Source: Candidatus Yanofskybacteria bacterium RIFCSPHIGHO2_01_FULL_41_26
GTDB lineage: Bacteria; Patescibacteriota; Minisyncoccia; 2-02-FULL-40-12; GWA2-44-9
Reading direction: 5' to 3'
Assembly (NCBI GenBank): GCA_001794055.1
Contig: MGJB01000006.1
Coordinates: 90,168-154,167 of the forward strand
DNA: 64,000 nucleotides
Under the pieces are notes generated by a model. That model saw only the letters and a program-made list of their open reading frames with translations, was not told the DNA's origin and did not search any database. Of this stretch, positions 23,073 through 33,160 are shown in pieces (the stretch's first letter is position 1; each line of letters opens with the position of its first letter). A program made the position numbers and the translations under genes.

Positions 23073-24928
23073 TTTTGCAATTCTTTGATAAAACTTTTCA
23101 TCAATTCGCCAGTTTGAGGATCTAACTCGGCGTATTTTAACCCTGTTTGTAAATCTTTTAGGGCTTGGTCTTTATTATTAAGCGCGACATAAACCAGCGC
23201 CGAATTGTAATAAACACGAAGATTATTCGGGAGAAGAAGCTTAAGCTTTTCGATATTTTCAACGGCTTTAGTCAGGTTGCCTTGTTGAGCATATATAACC
23301 GACAAATTTTGATAAGGATAATAGAAGTTGGGATTAATTTCTATCGCTTTTTCGTATAACTTGATTGCTCCGTAAATATCCCCCCTAGATTGCAAAATAG
23401 TGCCTAAATTAAAATGAGGTTCGGCAAATATGTCACCTAGAGAGGCAGCGATTTTATAATATTTCTCGGCATTTTCCATGTCTTTTTTATTGTAATAGAT
23501 ATTTCCCACATTATTATTTATCCTGGAACTGTCCGGTTCATATTTTAGGATGTCAAGATAAAAAGCAAGCTGATTACCCCACAGAAGATTGCGCTGAATT
23601 GATTGATAAGCAAAGAAAGAAAAGTAGGCAACTAATACGGTGATCATCAAGATTCGACAGAGTTTCCAAGGGGTGGAAATCCCACTCCGAGAATTTTGGA
23701 TTTTCAAAAAGGTCGAATCTTTAAAATCCAAAAGTTTAACCAAATAAAAAGAAAAAACGAGCCAAAAACCAACCATTGGCAGATAGAGCCAATGCTCATA
23801 CATTAATGCATTTACCGGTGTAATACCGGAAACAGGTCCAAGAGAAATAAAAAACAACGCCACGCCAAAAAACCAGACCTGAAAAATTGCGGGTCGTAGG
23901 TTGTGAGTTGTGAGTTGACGCTTATACAGATGCCTTAGCCAAATCAATAATCCGATAAGGCCCAAAAAAATCGGCCAAACCGGCCACTGAAACAACGAGG
24001 TGTAGACAACAGCGCCTCTCTCCATGTGAAGACCCGTCGGAACTATCAAAAGTTTTAGATATTCCCACAGTATGGGCAGAAAGGTAAATACTCTGACATA
24101 TAGATTTTCAGAATAAATATTAGGTTCAGCGTAAAAATTAAGGGTATTCTGAAAATTTAAAACCGTAAGCCTCAAAATTCCATAAACGACAACTACTGCA
24201 AAATAAGGCCAAATTTTAATTAGGCCATGTTTTACGGATTTCAAAAATCGTTCTTTTGAGATAAAAGAAATATAAAAAGCGACAGCCAAAAACGGGAAAA
24301 TTATCGCAGTTTCCCGACTTAAAAGAGCCAAGACCAGAAAAACTAAGGACAGCACTCTATTCAAGGTTAAACCTTGTATCCTTCCAAGGTTTAACCTTGG
24401 AGTAGTTTCTGATCGATAGAACAAAATCAATGTCGCCAACATGAATGTCGTCACCAAAGCGTCTCCCCTGCCCGATATGTAGGTTATTGCCTCCGTTTGC
24501 AAAGGATGAATCAAAAATATCAAAGAAGTTAAAAATGCCACTGCCAAAGTTCGACCCTTTGAAATCCCAAGGTCAAACTTTTTTAACAATAAGAAAATTA
24601 AAATACCATTGGCCACATGAATCAAATTGCTCAGTAAATGATAGCTTAGCGGTTTAATACCTGAAATTATATAATTTAAAGCAAACGTAAAAAATAAAAA
24701 AGGTCTGTAATAATTACTTTTCAAGCCCACTCCCGCAAGAGTATTATGGGTAAGCCAGAATTTAATATTATCCCAGCTTATTGTGTGGACAAAATTATTT
24801 CTTATTATCCAATCCTCATCATCCCAAAACAACTGGTTATTCAAATTAAATGAGTAAATAAAGCCGCTTATGACGATAAGGACTACGATCGGCAGCCAAA
24901 CTTCTTTTTTTAACAGTAGTTTATTCAT
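23069..24928 (-). CDS. TMTC-like protein O-mannosyltransferase (GT-C + TPR)
   Basis: FWDD, YYRPF, HPLQTEAITYISGRGD, EHWLYLP; TPRs. Confidence 0.8.
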   Translation of the reverse strand: MNKLLLKKEVWLPIVVLIVISGFIYSFNLNNQLFWDDEDWIIRNNFVHTISWDNIKFWLTHNTLAGVGLKSNYYRPFLFFTFALNYIISGIKPLSYHLLSNLIHVANGILIFLLLKKFDLGISKGRTLAVAFLTSLIFLIHPLQTEAITYISGRGDALVTTFMLATLILFYRSETTPRLNLGRIQGLTLNRVLSLVFLVLALLSRETAIIFPFLAVAFYISFISKERFLKSVKHGLIKIWPYFAVVVVYGILRLTVLNFQNTLNFYAEPNIYSENLYVRVFTFLPILWEYLKLLIVPTGLHMERGAVVYTSLFQWPVWPIFLGLIGLLIWLRHLYKRQLTTHNLRPAIFQVWFFGVALFFISLGPVSGITPVNALMYEHWLYLPMVGFWLVFSFYLVKLLDFKDSTFLKIQNSRSGISTPWKLCRILMITVLVAYFSFFAYQSIQRNLLWGNQLAFYLDILKYEPDSSRINNNVGNIYYNKKDMENAEKYYKIAASLGDIFAEPHFNLGTILQSRGDIYGAIKLYEKAIEINPNFYYPYQNLSVIYAQQGNLTKAVENIEKLKLLLPNNLRVYYNSALVYVALNNKDQALKDLQTGLKYAELDPQTGELMKSFIKELQK

Positions 24929-26903
24929 TGAAATATTTACTTAAAAAATCTTTTGCCTGCGTATTGTTTTTATCCAATCTCACAGCTTCTTTGAAAAAGG
25001 CCTGGGCGTTTTCAAGCCGGCTTAAGTTCATATAAACCACTCCCAAAATAAAATAATATTGACTCTCTTTCAAGCCTAAATCAATCGCCATTTTTATATT
25101 TTCCGCCCCCAATTGCTGATTTTGTTTATCCGAGTAAGAAACGTGAATAAATCCTTTGTGGAGATAAGGATATGGATTTTTGGGATCAATTTTTATAACT
25201 TCATCGGCAAAATAAGCCGATGCTTCCAGCCAATCAATTTTAAACAAAACGCGTGACAAAATAAGATTTAGGTCGGCCTTGTTTTTATTTGAGTTTTTTA
25301 TATTAGCAGATATTTTATCTATGGCATTTTTATCAATAATGGAAAATTTAGAAATAACCCCGGTGTTTTTACTATTATTCTTAAGCAGAATGATTGCATC
25401 TTCGTTAATATAAACAATTTTCCAGTCCAGGTTTTTGGCAATATTTCTTAAAAAATTATCGGCCCAAGGCGTAACATCATTATATCCAAAAAATATGAAG
25501 TTGATGCCATATTTCCCTGAAAATTCAAGCCACTTTTTCTTATCCTCTTGCATCGGCTTATATGTCTCGCTAAAAAACTCAACCGAATATGCTTCTGGCC
25601 TGTTGTCAACAAAAACTTTCTCTTGGGGGTACAGCTGCCATATCAAATATCCTCCAATATCAAAATTATTAAACATTGGTCCTTTGATATTGTTTTGTTT
25701 GACAAAATCAACAGCTCTTTCCAGTCCATTCGGAACAGAAAAACCGGATACCCTGGAAACTCCCATATACCTGTAATATGTATTATTTGCCACAAAAAAA
25801 ATAAGCAAAATAATCAACGCGGAAAACAGAACTTTAAAAAAACTGCTCAATCTTTTAACTTGAGGTTTAACTTCAAGTTTATAGAGATTAAACCTCTGTA
25901 GAACATCTGCCAGTAGGATCGCCAATATCGGGAAAGACGCAAGCGCGTACAACGGCAAATTGCGTAACATCCTGAATCCAGCATACACAAAAAATGCCAT
26001 AGTAAGTATTTCAAAGACCCTTTGTTTCGATTTTTTTGCGGTCAGTATCAAAGAAATAACTAAAAGTACCACCGAAAGTTTAAAAATAAAAACCGGCAAA
26101 AGAAAACCTCTAAGGTTGGCCAGAAAAGAAAGGGTTTGATTCTCAACTATGTTGTATCCGTACTCGTTCAGCACTTTAAAGGGCAAAAGTGCACCTTGAA
26201 TTCCGTTCGGATTTATAAGTGTTGCCAAGCTGGTTAGTGATCCAATCAACACTATTCTGATAAGGTCCGACCTTTTAGAAACAAGCCGGTCTATGAGAAA
26301 TGCTAACAACAGAAATGGTCCGATAAAAAAATAAATGTGCAAATTTACCCAAAACAATTCCAAAATCGGCAAAAACCAGAGAAAAAAATAATTTTTTTCA
26401 TATTTTGCCTTTAATATAGCAAACAAGAAAAATGACAAAATGACGAAACTGAATATCTCCGGTCGGACTTCCGTTCGCTGGATAAATATGAACATTGAGA
26501 GAAGGAAAGATACTAAAAGAGACCAGAAACCTGTGGATAACCGACTTCGCAAGTCGGTTATCCACAGGTGTTTTATAGTAAAAAATAGTAACAAAAACGC
26601 AATCAGTACCAAGGCGGTTTTAACAAGAGTTAATCCGATAAATCCAAAGTAACTGAAAATACCAAAAAATATTACCTCGCTTAACCAGTGATGGTTGATA
26701 AAAGGGAAATCCGGCTCGGTAAAAGAAAATAAATTTGTCTTTGGAACCTCTTTTGTCTGCCAAATAATCTCGCCAACCTTAAGATGCCGACCGATATCTT
26801 GGCCGATAGTGTCAAAGTTGTGAATCAAAAAACTCCCCAAAAGTACAAAAATGAGAACAAATAAATAGTTTTTCTTAAGGAAGTACAACAATGGTTTTAC
26901 CAT
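24921..26903 (-). CDS. Polytopic GT-C-like membrane protein with C-terminal TPR
   Basis: DIGRHLKVGE, NHHWLSEV, RPEIFS, WVNLH, GGYLIW, VFVDNRPEAY; start uncertain. Confidence 0.68.
   Translation of the reverse strand: MVKPLLYFLKKNYLFVLIFVLLGSFLIHNFDTIGQDIGRHLKVGEIIWQTKEVPKTNLFSFTEPDFPFINHHWLSEVIFFGIFSYFGFIGLTLVKTALVLIAFLLLFFTIKHLWITDLRSRLSTGFWSLLVSFLLSMFIFIQRTEVRPEIFSFVILSFFLFAILKAKYEKNYFFLWFLPILELFWVNLHIYFFIGPFLLLAFLIDRLVSKRSDLIRIVLIGSLTSLATLINPNGIQGALLPFKVLNEYGYNIVENQTLSFLANLRGFLLPVFIFKLSVVLLVISLILTAKKSKQRVFEILTMAFFVYAGFRMLRNLPLYALASFPILAILLADVLQRFNLYKLEVKPQVKRLSSFFKVLFSALIILLIFFVANNTYYRYMGVSRVSGFSVPNGLERAVDFVKQNNIKGPMFNNFDIGGYLIWQLYPQEKVFVDNRPEAYSVEFFSETYKPMQEDKKKWLEFSGKYGINFIFFGYNDVTPWADNFLRNIAKNLDWKIVYINEDAIILLKNNSKNTGVISKFSIIDKNAIDKISANIKNSNKNKADLNLILSRVLFKIDWLEASAYFADEVIKIDPKNPYPYLHKGFIHVSYSDKQNQQLGAENIKMAIDLGLKESQYYFILGVVYMNLSRLENAQAFFKEAVRLDKNNTQAKDFLSKYFNE
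26530..26568 (-). repeat. Perfect intragenic copy of the RAYT REP
   Basis: Identical to 38548-38586; read as HLWITDLRSRLSTG in the 24921 CDS. Confidence 0.95.
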
Positions 26904-27522
26904 CGCATTGTTTTTCAAAAAGTTTGACATAGCCCCCTTCAGTAACAAAATTTCCCCGTGTATCCACTAGCCGGCCGTATTGGATTTTGGCGGCCATTTC
27001 ATATCGCTTGTACTTGGGGCTATCCGGCAATATCACGCCCAACAAACTTTCTCCGTTGGGAATAGGGATATTGGAAAATATATTCGGTCCGACCGATATG
27101 TCATCCTGGGGAGTTACCGTCCAAAAAACATTTCTTCCCGGATGATCAATCCCTTTGTAGACAAACAGGGCATCCTGATTGTCATAAGTATTATGATCCA
27201 AAAATTTTATTTCGCCTTTCAATTCACAAGAAGCATCAGCCAAGAGCAGCGACCAGGGCACAGTTTCGCCAACAAAAGATGTCTGGCCATTGCCGGTGGG
27301 AAGCGGAACTGGAACCTTAGTTACGTTTGGTCTTACTGCGCCCTCCGTAGCCCCTGGCGAAGGACGGAGAATAGGAGGAGACGAGACTGTCGGAGATACT
27401 GATGGCTCCGGATAATTAACGACATCAGGTGCCTGAAGGATATTAGATGTCCAAATATAAAACCCTACAAAAAATAAGCCTGCCACTAAAATAACCACCA
27501 AAATAATATTGTTTTTAGACAT
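26875..27522 (-). CDS. Hypothetical membrane-anchored protein
   Basis: N-terminal TM, Pro-rich linker; co-directional with neighbours. Confidence 0.6.
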   Translation of the reverse strand: MSKNNIILVVILVAGLFFVGFYIWTSNILQAPDVVNYPEPSVSPTVSSPPILRPSPGATEGAVRPNVTKVPVPLPTGNGQTSFVGETVPWSLLLADASCELKGEIKFLDHNTYDNQDALFVYKGIDHPGRNVFWTVTPQDDISVGPNIFSNIPIPNGESLLGVILPDSPKYKRYEMAAKIQYGRLVDTRGNFVTEGGYVKLFEKQCDGKTIVVLP

Positions 27523-27540
27523 GAGAAGATGTTAACCAAA

Positions 27541-28719
27541 TTAACGTGAAAAGTCAAAATATCCAGAAAAAAGAGCTCTCAAACCACTCACAACAAATGT
27601 CCATGGACTTGACGATTTAACTTGAAACTCAGGAATAGTAAGAGGAATAGAAACAAAATCAGGGTCATGTTCTGATTTGCGATAATGACCATAAATATAG
27701 ACTTTGTATTGCTTTGTGAAGTCCAGCCCAAGGCCATCATAAATAAATGACTTATCTTGATTACCCTCCGTTACTTTCATCTGTTTGGTCCAAAGGGGAA
27801 TTTGAGCATTTTTATCATCAGAAATCATAATCAAATAGTCAGGGGTAGAGTCAACGGGCCAACTGCTAGCTATGCTCCACTTAAAAGTTGGATAGATTCC
27901 TGCTGTTCGCTGGTTATCAGTTGGACTTAAAATATCCACGGGGCTCAAGAACATCAATTTGGTTTCCGATGATGGCCGGGTTTCCTGTCCGTCTTTATCC
28001 GCGCCCACGACATAATAGATGTACTCCCCTTCTGAATAGTTTGCCGCCGGCAAGTATGCAACCGCGTCCCTTCCGCCGGGAGGCACGATTCTCTGAATAG
28101 ACCAGTACCCGCATTGGCCCGCTTCGGTCATCATCCATTCTCCGTCAATATCTATGTCTTCACAACCGGTTGAGGGCATCTCTTCAAAAGTAGCAACTCG
28201 GACAAAATATGCATGACCTGGCTTTTTTTCATACAATCGGAAATTCTCAATTTTGTCCGCCTCTTCATCAGAATATTTAAAAACAATCCTTTGGCCGATA
28301 CGGCCGAAGTTTGAGGTGATATGAGAAATAAGCCAATCAGCTCTTATGTAATCCGGGGCCGGAAATTGAAGATTAACTTTTGCTGGAATGAGCGGAACAG
28401 AAGAAACACTCGGAATTGGAGTCGTTGTGCCCTCCGTAGCCTTTGGCGAAGAGTGGGGCGAGGCCGACTCTAAAACAATTGGTTCTCCTTCTTTAATAGA
28501 TGCTACTTCTTTTTTGGAAACAACTTTTACGCTTTGCCATTTAAAATTACGAAAGTTAAACACTTCAATACTGCTTACCCACTTCTTTGTATTGTTATTG
28601 ATTAAGTAAACCTTAATATCGCCTTTGGCCCTTAACAGTGTTCCGTCCAGATAGCCGGCATTTGCGGCAAAGGAAAACGAGAAGAACAAGACCAAAATTA
28701 AAAACCTAATTTTTGACAT
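27541..28719 (-). CDS. Secreted protein with DGTLLRA-GD-KVY surface repeat and Ig/FN3-like C-terminus
   Basis: Signal peptide; DGTLLRAKGDIKVYLI...FKWQSV module; ILSP...PTFKWS. Confidence 0.62.
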   Translation of the reverse strand: MSKIRFLILVLFFSFSFAANAGYLDGTLLRAKGDIKVYLINNNTKKWVSSIEVFNFRNFKWQSVKVVSKKEVASIKEGEPIVLESASPHSSPKATEGTTTPIPSVSSVPLIPAKVNLQFPAPDYIRADWLISHITSNFGRIGQRIVFKYSDEEADKIENFRLYEKKPGHAYFVRVATFEEMPSTGCEDIDIDGEWMMTEAGQCGYWSIQRIVPPGGRDAVAYLPAANYSEGEYIYYVVGADKDGQETRPSSETKLMFLSPVDILSPTDNQRTAGIYPTFKWSIASSWPVDSTPDYLIMISDDKNAQIPLWTKQMKVTEGNQDKSFIYDGLGLDFTKQYKVYIYGHYRKSEHDPDFVSIPLTIPEFQVKSSSPWTFVVSGLRALFSGYFDFSR

Positions 28720-28753
28720 GTCTTAATGATACCATAAAGTCGGGCCCTGAAGA

Positions 28754-28785
28754 AATCAAAACCCGCCTTTCGGCGGGTTTTGATT
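28754..28785. terminator. Bidirectional intrinsic terminator downstream of the S-layer-like gene
   Basis: AATCAAAACCCGCC-TTTC-GGCGGGTTTTGATT. Confidence 0.85.
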
Positions 28786-28830
28786 CTCTAACAGTTCCTT
28801 AGAAATCAGAACTGTCGGATGTTTACCAGA

Positions 28831-31800
28831 TTACCTCTGGAAGGTCGGACCATACAACGGCAAGCTTCTTATGATACCCGTCGCTGAAGGCGTATCTAAA
28901 GAATTTGTCGTATTGTCATAGTTGCCTACCCAGTTGATCAAGCCAGCCAGATCATCCTGCAAAGTTACTTGGAAGTAATCGGCAGCTCTGCCTGTAGTTC
29001 CAGCATTTGCATAGTGCTGTGTCGGGTTGTTCAATCTGATACTGAAGGTCCTTGTTTCTCCTCCAGCAATTTCTATATCCTGACCGGTAAAGTTGAAGGA
29101 TATGGAAGCGTTCCAGTCCGGTCGGACACCAGAGGAACCATTCCCCATGCTAATGGTCTGACTTGTATCAGCCGCACCGGGAGTGCCAAGGCCTCTAAGA
29201 GCGCTCGGACCGTCAATCACGGTTCCCTGTTCATCCAAGACAGAGAAGGTAGTGCTGGTTGTCGTATTTACATGTGAGTCACCAGAAGCTACCACTTCAA
29301 AGTTGATGGAACCGGATCCGTTATGTTCATTGTCAAATCTCAAGTTGGCAGTGGCAAGACCCATCGCCGTTACCGAGAATTTGAACACAGTCGGAGTGCC
29401 TATCAAGCTGTATGGCGAAGATAGGGCAACCTGCTCAATCTTCGGAAATACTCTATAAACGGTCTGGTTATACGCACCAGACACATCATTAATGTTCGTG
29501 CTGGTACCATCCAGTACGGTGCCCGAACCCTCACCAACTGCTCTGAATCCGTTAGTGAAGCTCCCGTCATACCTGTCAACCAAATCCAACGAGAAGGCGA
29601 CCAGTGTGGTGTCAGCAGTTGTACCTGTAGTTTGGGTAGCTCCTTCATCCTTGGTCTTCATGTCGGCGTTCACGGCAATTTCCAAACTTGCGTCTTTCGG
29701 AACATAAGGTCTGTCTGCATCTGTGGTTGACCAATTGAAGTTCGCGGAAGCCGCATTGCTAAACGACTGGAACTTGGTCATCGTAGCTCCCGATTTAGTC
29801 TTGTAGGTCAAGATAACATTTTTGACATTTTTGGCGCTCGTATCTTCGTCAGAAGAGGAAGCGGCAATCGTCAATTTCTCAATATATTGAGCCTCATCTG
29901 TAGCGGTTAATCTGAACTTGGAGACCGGAGCGTTTACCTGGCCCCAATATAAGGCGCCTTTTACAGGACTTGAAGCGGCAGTGGCCAATGTCATTGAACC
30001 GCTATTCTTCACGGTCAAGACCTGGGTCGGGGTTGTAGTGCCATTAACTGCAGCAGCGCCGGGATTTACGGTGTTGGAATCAGAATCCAACGAGGTAACA
30101 TCTCCTGTTGCGGCGATGTCGAAGGAATAGACGTCACCAGCTGTACCTGAAGCGGTATTGTTGGACAAATCAACCCTTACCAACATTGTCTTTGACGTTC
30201 CTGCTGGAATATTCCAGTCCAAGTTCGAGAAAGTCATCGTACCTGTTCCGGAAGTACCCAACAAATTACTTGAAATCTTGTCTGAACCGGCAATCAAAAC
30301 ACCCGTTCCGGCTTCATATAACTGAACCTTGGCCGTTGCATTAGCAATTGATATTCCCGTATCTGTCGTATCAGTACCTTCGTCCAAAGTTGCGCCTGAA
30401 TCAGCGGCATAACCAGTAATCTTAATAGTAGTTACCTTGAGCGCAGAAGCCTGGCCTGCGGCAAAGGTAATACCAACCGCATCAACATCCTTCATGCCCC
30501 TTATCTTTGTCTGGTCAGTCGGAGAACCGGCTAAGCTCAAAGTCAAAGCGGAAGAAGTAATAGTAATGTTAGAACCGGCAATATCCGAACGGGGAACGAT
30601 ATCCGCGGAAGCAACCGCAGTATTTGTTCCGGCATACTTCATCTTGGATACAGCGGCAGTATCATCGCTGTAATCATCCAATATGACCTTGAATACGCTG
30701 TCAGTATCAAGCAATTGAGTGCCACTGCCAAGCGAAGTGTCTACGTCGCCGGTAACTTTGAAGTTGTAAGTTACGCCGGCAAGCAGATCAAGGGTGTCGG
30801 TAAATTGTTCTTGAGCGCCTGTTGCGTTGTCGGGACAGCTGCCAGAATCATCAGCATGGTCAAATGCCGTGCCGTCTTTAGGACCCATCACAACAGTGTT
30901 GGTATCCTCATTCCAGACCTTGACATCGTTTAGGTCGTCCCAGTCACCTTCGGTTGCGGCATTATCATATGTGCCGTCATTTCCAGAATCAGCACAAATA
31001 GTGAACTCGGTCTGTTTGATCTCTATGTTTGAAGCGGCGGTCATCGAGAATCTCAACAGAGTAACATCAGCTACCTGTGTACCAATCGTAGTGGCATTAG
31101 GACCGTTGTAAACCAAGGTCAATGCTCCACCCATAAGCGTCAAGGTAGTTGCTTCAGCGGCAGTGTCAAGAGCGGCAATACCCTGAGCAGCGGTAGCATT
31201 AGTAGTATCCATACCTTGGCCATATTGGTCGCCCACTGCCCAAACATCCGGAGCGGTCTCAAAGTAAAGGTCAACTGTCTCGTCTTTCTTTCCACCCACA
31301 TCTCCGTAAACCTTGAAGGTGGCATTGCCTCCTTTAGAGATAGTATATCCAGAACCAAGATCAAAAACGAGATAGTTGGTGCTTGTAACTGAACCCGCCC
31401 ACTCCATTGCTCCGGTCTTTAGCTTAACATTAGTCAAATCAGCCGGCTTTAATGTGCCGTCGTTCAACATTGTCAAGCGCTTTACTGAAGCGGCTTCGGT
31501 ATTTGCCGTAAGCTTAAATTCGGAAAGCTGGGCTTGCTTCTGTCCAACCGTCGGGTCGGAAAGTGAACCAACTTTAGCGACATCCAGTCGGCCAGACGAA
31601 GCGCCGGAGATGGCAAAGTTGTTGCCGCTCAAAGGCGCTCCGGATACTACTGAACCTCCCGCTGCGGTTACACCCAGCAACTGAAAGTAGTTAACATTAC
31701 CGGCTCCTCCAGTAAGTATGTCGCCAACAAATGAGAGGTCTTTTGAACCGTCCACAGCAATATTCAATAAGAATGATGCCTCACCCGATGCAGACGAAAA

Positions 31801-32583
31801 TGTCTTACCTGAAGTCAATCTTTTTGCTCCATCGTAGACATATACATTACCAAAGTCATCAGTGGTACCAGGGCCTAATCTCTTAAGAGTCACGGTGTTG
31901 ACTGTACCCGAACCACTTACTCTAACTCTTAACATCTCAACTCCGGTGGCATTGTTGGTAATAGTCTGGGCTGACGGATTTCCAGGCGCCAACATAACCG
32001 ACAACGGTCCTGAAACTACTGGAGCCGGGGCAGCAACTGAACCGCCTCTTGCATAAGCAGGAACTTGATTTACTGAAGAGTAATTAGAACCTACAGAATA
32101 CAGAGCAAATTCAGCCGCATTGATGACGAAAACCTTCTTGAAGAAATTCGGATCATCGGCAACCGCCTGTGCACCAGAGGTATTAACCCAGTGCAACACG
32201 GCTACATCTTCTCCGGTTGTTTCTATTCCATAAACTTTCTCATCTCCGTCAACTCGGAATAAACCGGAAGTTACAAATGCATCTCTGGCAGCAGCAGATA
32301 CATTCTTAACACTGGCAAATCCTCCGAGGTGTCCGTAAAGATTAAAGATTTGCGGATTCAAGAATAATCTCTTGTATCCCCAATCGTTGACGATATAGAC
32401 ATCCGGGTCATCAGAACCGGCTGCGCTAATCGTGTTGCCTTCTTTCAAACCATAGTCTGAAGGAGCAACTGCGAAAGCTGTAAGAGACAGCACTCCCGAA
32501 AGGGATAGTACCGTCGAAACAGCTGTAAGGATCGCGGCGGTTTTTATCAAACCGACACGATTGCCTTTTAATAAATTCGACAT
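28831..32583 (-). CDS. S-layer-like major surface protein (1250 aa)
   Basis: Signal peptide, Ala/Thr/Gly/Ser-rich beta-strand repeats, own promoter and terminator, GC-richer codons than neighbours. Confidence 0.72.
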   Translation of the reverse strand: MSNLLKGNRVGLIKTAAILTAVSTVLSLSGVLSLTAFAVAPSDYGLKEGNTISAAGSDDPDVYIVNDWGYKRLFLNPQIFNLYGHLGGFASVKNVSAAARDAFVTSGLFRVDGDEKVYGIETTGEDVAVLHWVNTSGAQAVADDPNFFKKVFVINAAEFALYSVGSNYSSVNQVPAYARGGSVAAPAPVVSGPLSVMLAPGNPSAQTITNNATGVEMLRVRVSGSGTVNTVTLKRLGPGTTDDFGNVYVYDGAKRLTSGKTFSSASGEASFLLNIAVDGSKDLSFVGDILTGGAGNVNYFQLLGVTAAGGSVVSGAPLSGNNFAISGASSGRLDVAKVGSLSDPTVGQKQAQLSEFKLTANTEAASVKRLTMLNDGTLKPADLTNVKLKTGAMEWAGSVTSTNYLVFDLGSGYTISKGGNATFKVYGDVGGKKDETVDLYFETAPDVWAVGDQYGQGMDTTNATAAQGIAALDTAAEATTLTLMGGALTLVYNGPNATTIGTQVADVTLLRFSMTAASNIEIKQTEFTICADSGNDGTYDNAATEGDWDDLNDVKVWNEDTNTVVMGPKDGTAFDHADDSGSCPDNATGAQEQFTDTLDLLAGVTYNFKVTGDVDTSLGSGTQLLDTDSVFKVILDDYSDDTAAVSKMKYAGTNTAVASADIVPRSDIAGSNITITSSALTLSLAGSPTDQTKIRGMKDVDAVGITFAAGQASALKVTTIKITGYAADSGATLDEGTDTTDTGISIANATAKVQLYEAGTGVLIAGSDKISSNLLGTSGTGTMTFSNLDWNIPAGTSKTMLVRVDLSNNTASGTAGDVYSFDIAATGDVTSLDSDSNTVNPGAAAVNGTTTPTQVLTVKNSGSMTLATAASSPVKGALYWGQVNAPVSKFRLTATDEAQYIEKLTIAASSSDEDTSAKNVKNVILTYKTKSGATMTKFQSFSNAASANFNWSTTDADRPYVPKDASLEIAVNADMKTKDEGATQTTGTTADTTLVAFSLDLVDRYDGSFTNGFRAVGEGSGTVLDGTSTNINDVSGAYNQTVYRVFPKIEQVALSSPYSLIGTPTVFKFSVTAMGLATANLRFDNEHNGSGSINFEVVASGDSHVNTTTSTTFSVLDEQGTVIDGPSALRGLGTPGAADTSQTISMGNGSSGVRPDWNASISFNFTGQDIEIAGGETRTFSIRLNNPTQHYANAGTTGRAADYFQVTLQDDLAGLINWVGNYDNTTNSLDTPSATGIIRSLPLYGPTFQR

Positions 32584-33025
32584 TTTAATTTTTTAATAAC
32601 TGAACTGGTGCCGTCGCTCTGACATATCTATATTTTTAAATTTCGATATGTCGAGTCAACCAACGCCAGAACAGGTTTTTAATAACACTAATTAACTGAA
32701 CTGACCGACCACAATATTTCTAAAGTCCACCTATTTCGACCTGGCAAATTTTAGAAGTGGTTTACAACTTTAAAACTTAATTTCATTTCTAATCTAAGCA
32801 TCAATTTTTTCTTGCTGTCCTGATTGTCAATGTCCTTTCATTGGACTGCCTGCCTCTATAGATATTTCGATATGTCTATCTACGATGTCAATATTTCGAA
32901 ATATCACTAAAGGCAGAAAGTCCGATATCTACTCAAAAAACGACCTGAAATTAGATCGATTACGAATCTTTTAATTCTTTAATTCTTCATATTTAATGCC
33001 GTTTAACGGCCAGTATTGTCCGCCA

Positions 33026-33054
33026 ATACTACACAAAATACATTTGACAGTCAA
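33026..33054 (-). promoter_or_regulatory. Sigma70 promoter for the S-layer-like gene
   Basis: Minus strand TTGACT-17 nt-TAGTAT. Confidence 0.6.
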
Positions 33055-33160
33055 TGGTGACAAACCATGACTTCATAATAAGTATAAAGGTTATAATAAG
33101 GCCTGCAAGGGGTCAAGTGTGGATAAATCAGGCCATATTTTGGCGTAAAATCAAGGTTTA

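Noticed and set aside
28831-32583. Higher GC suggesting horizontal transfer
   Set aside because: More simply explained by amino-acid composition and high-expression codon bias; it shares a domain with a resident gene
32584-33160. oriC candidate
   Set aside because: Only one perfect DnaA box, no dnaA/dnaN nearby, and it contains the S-layer promoter
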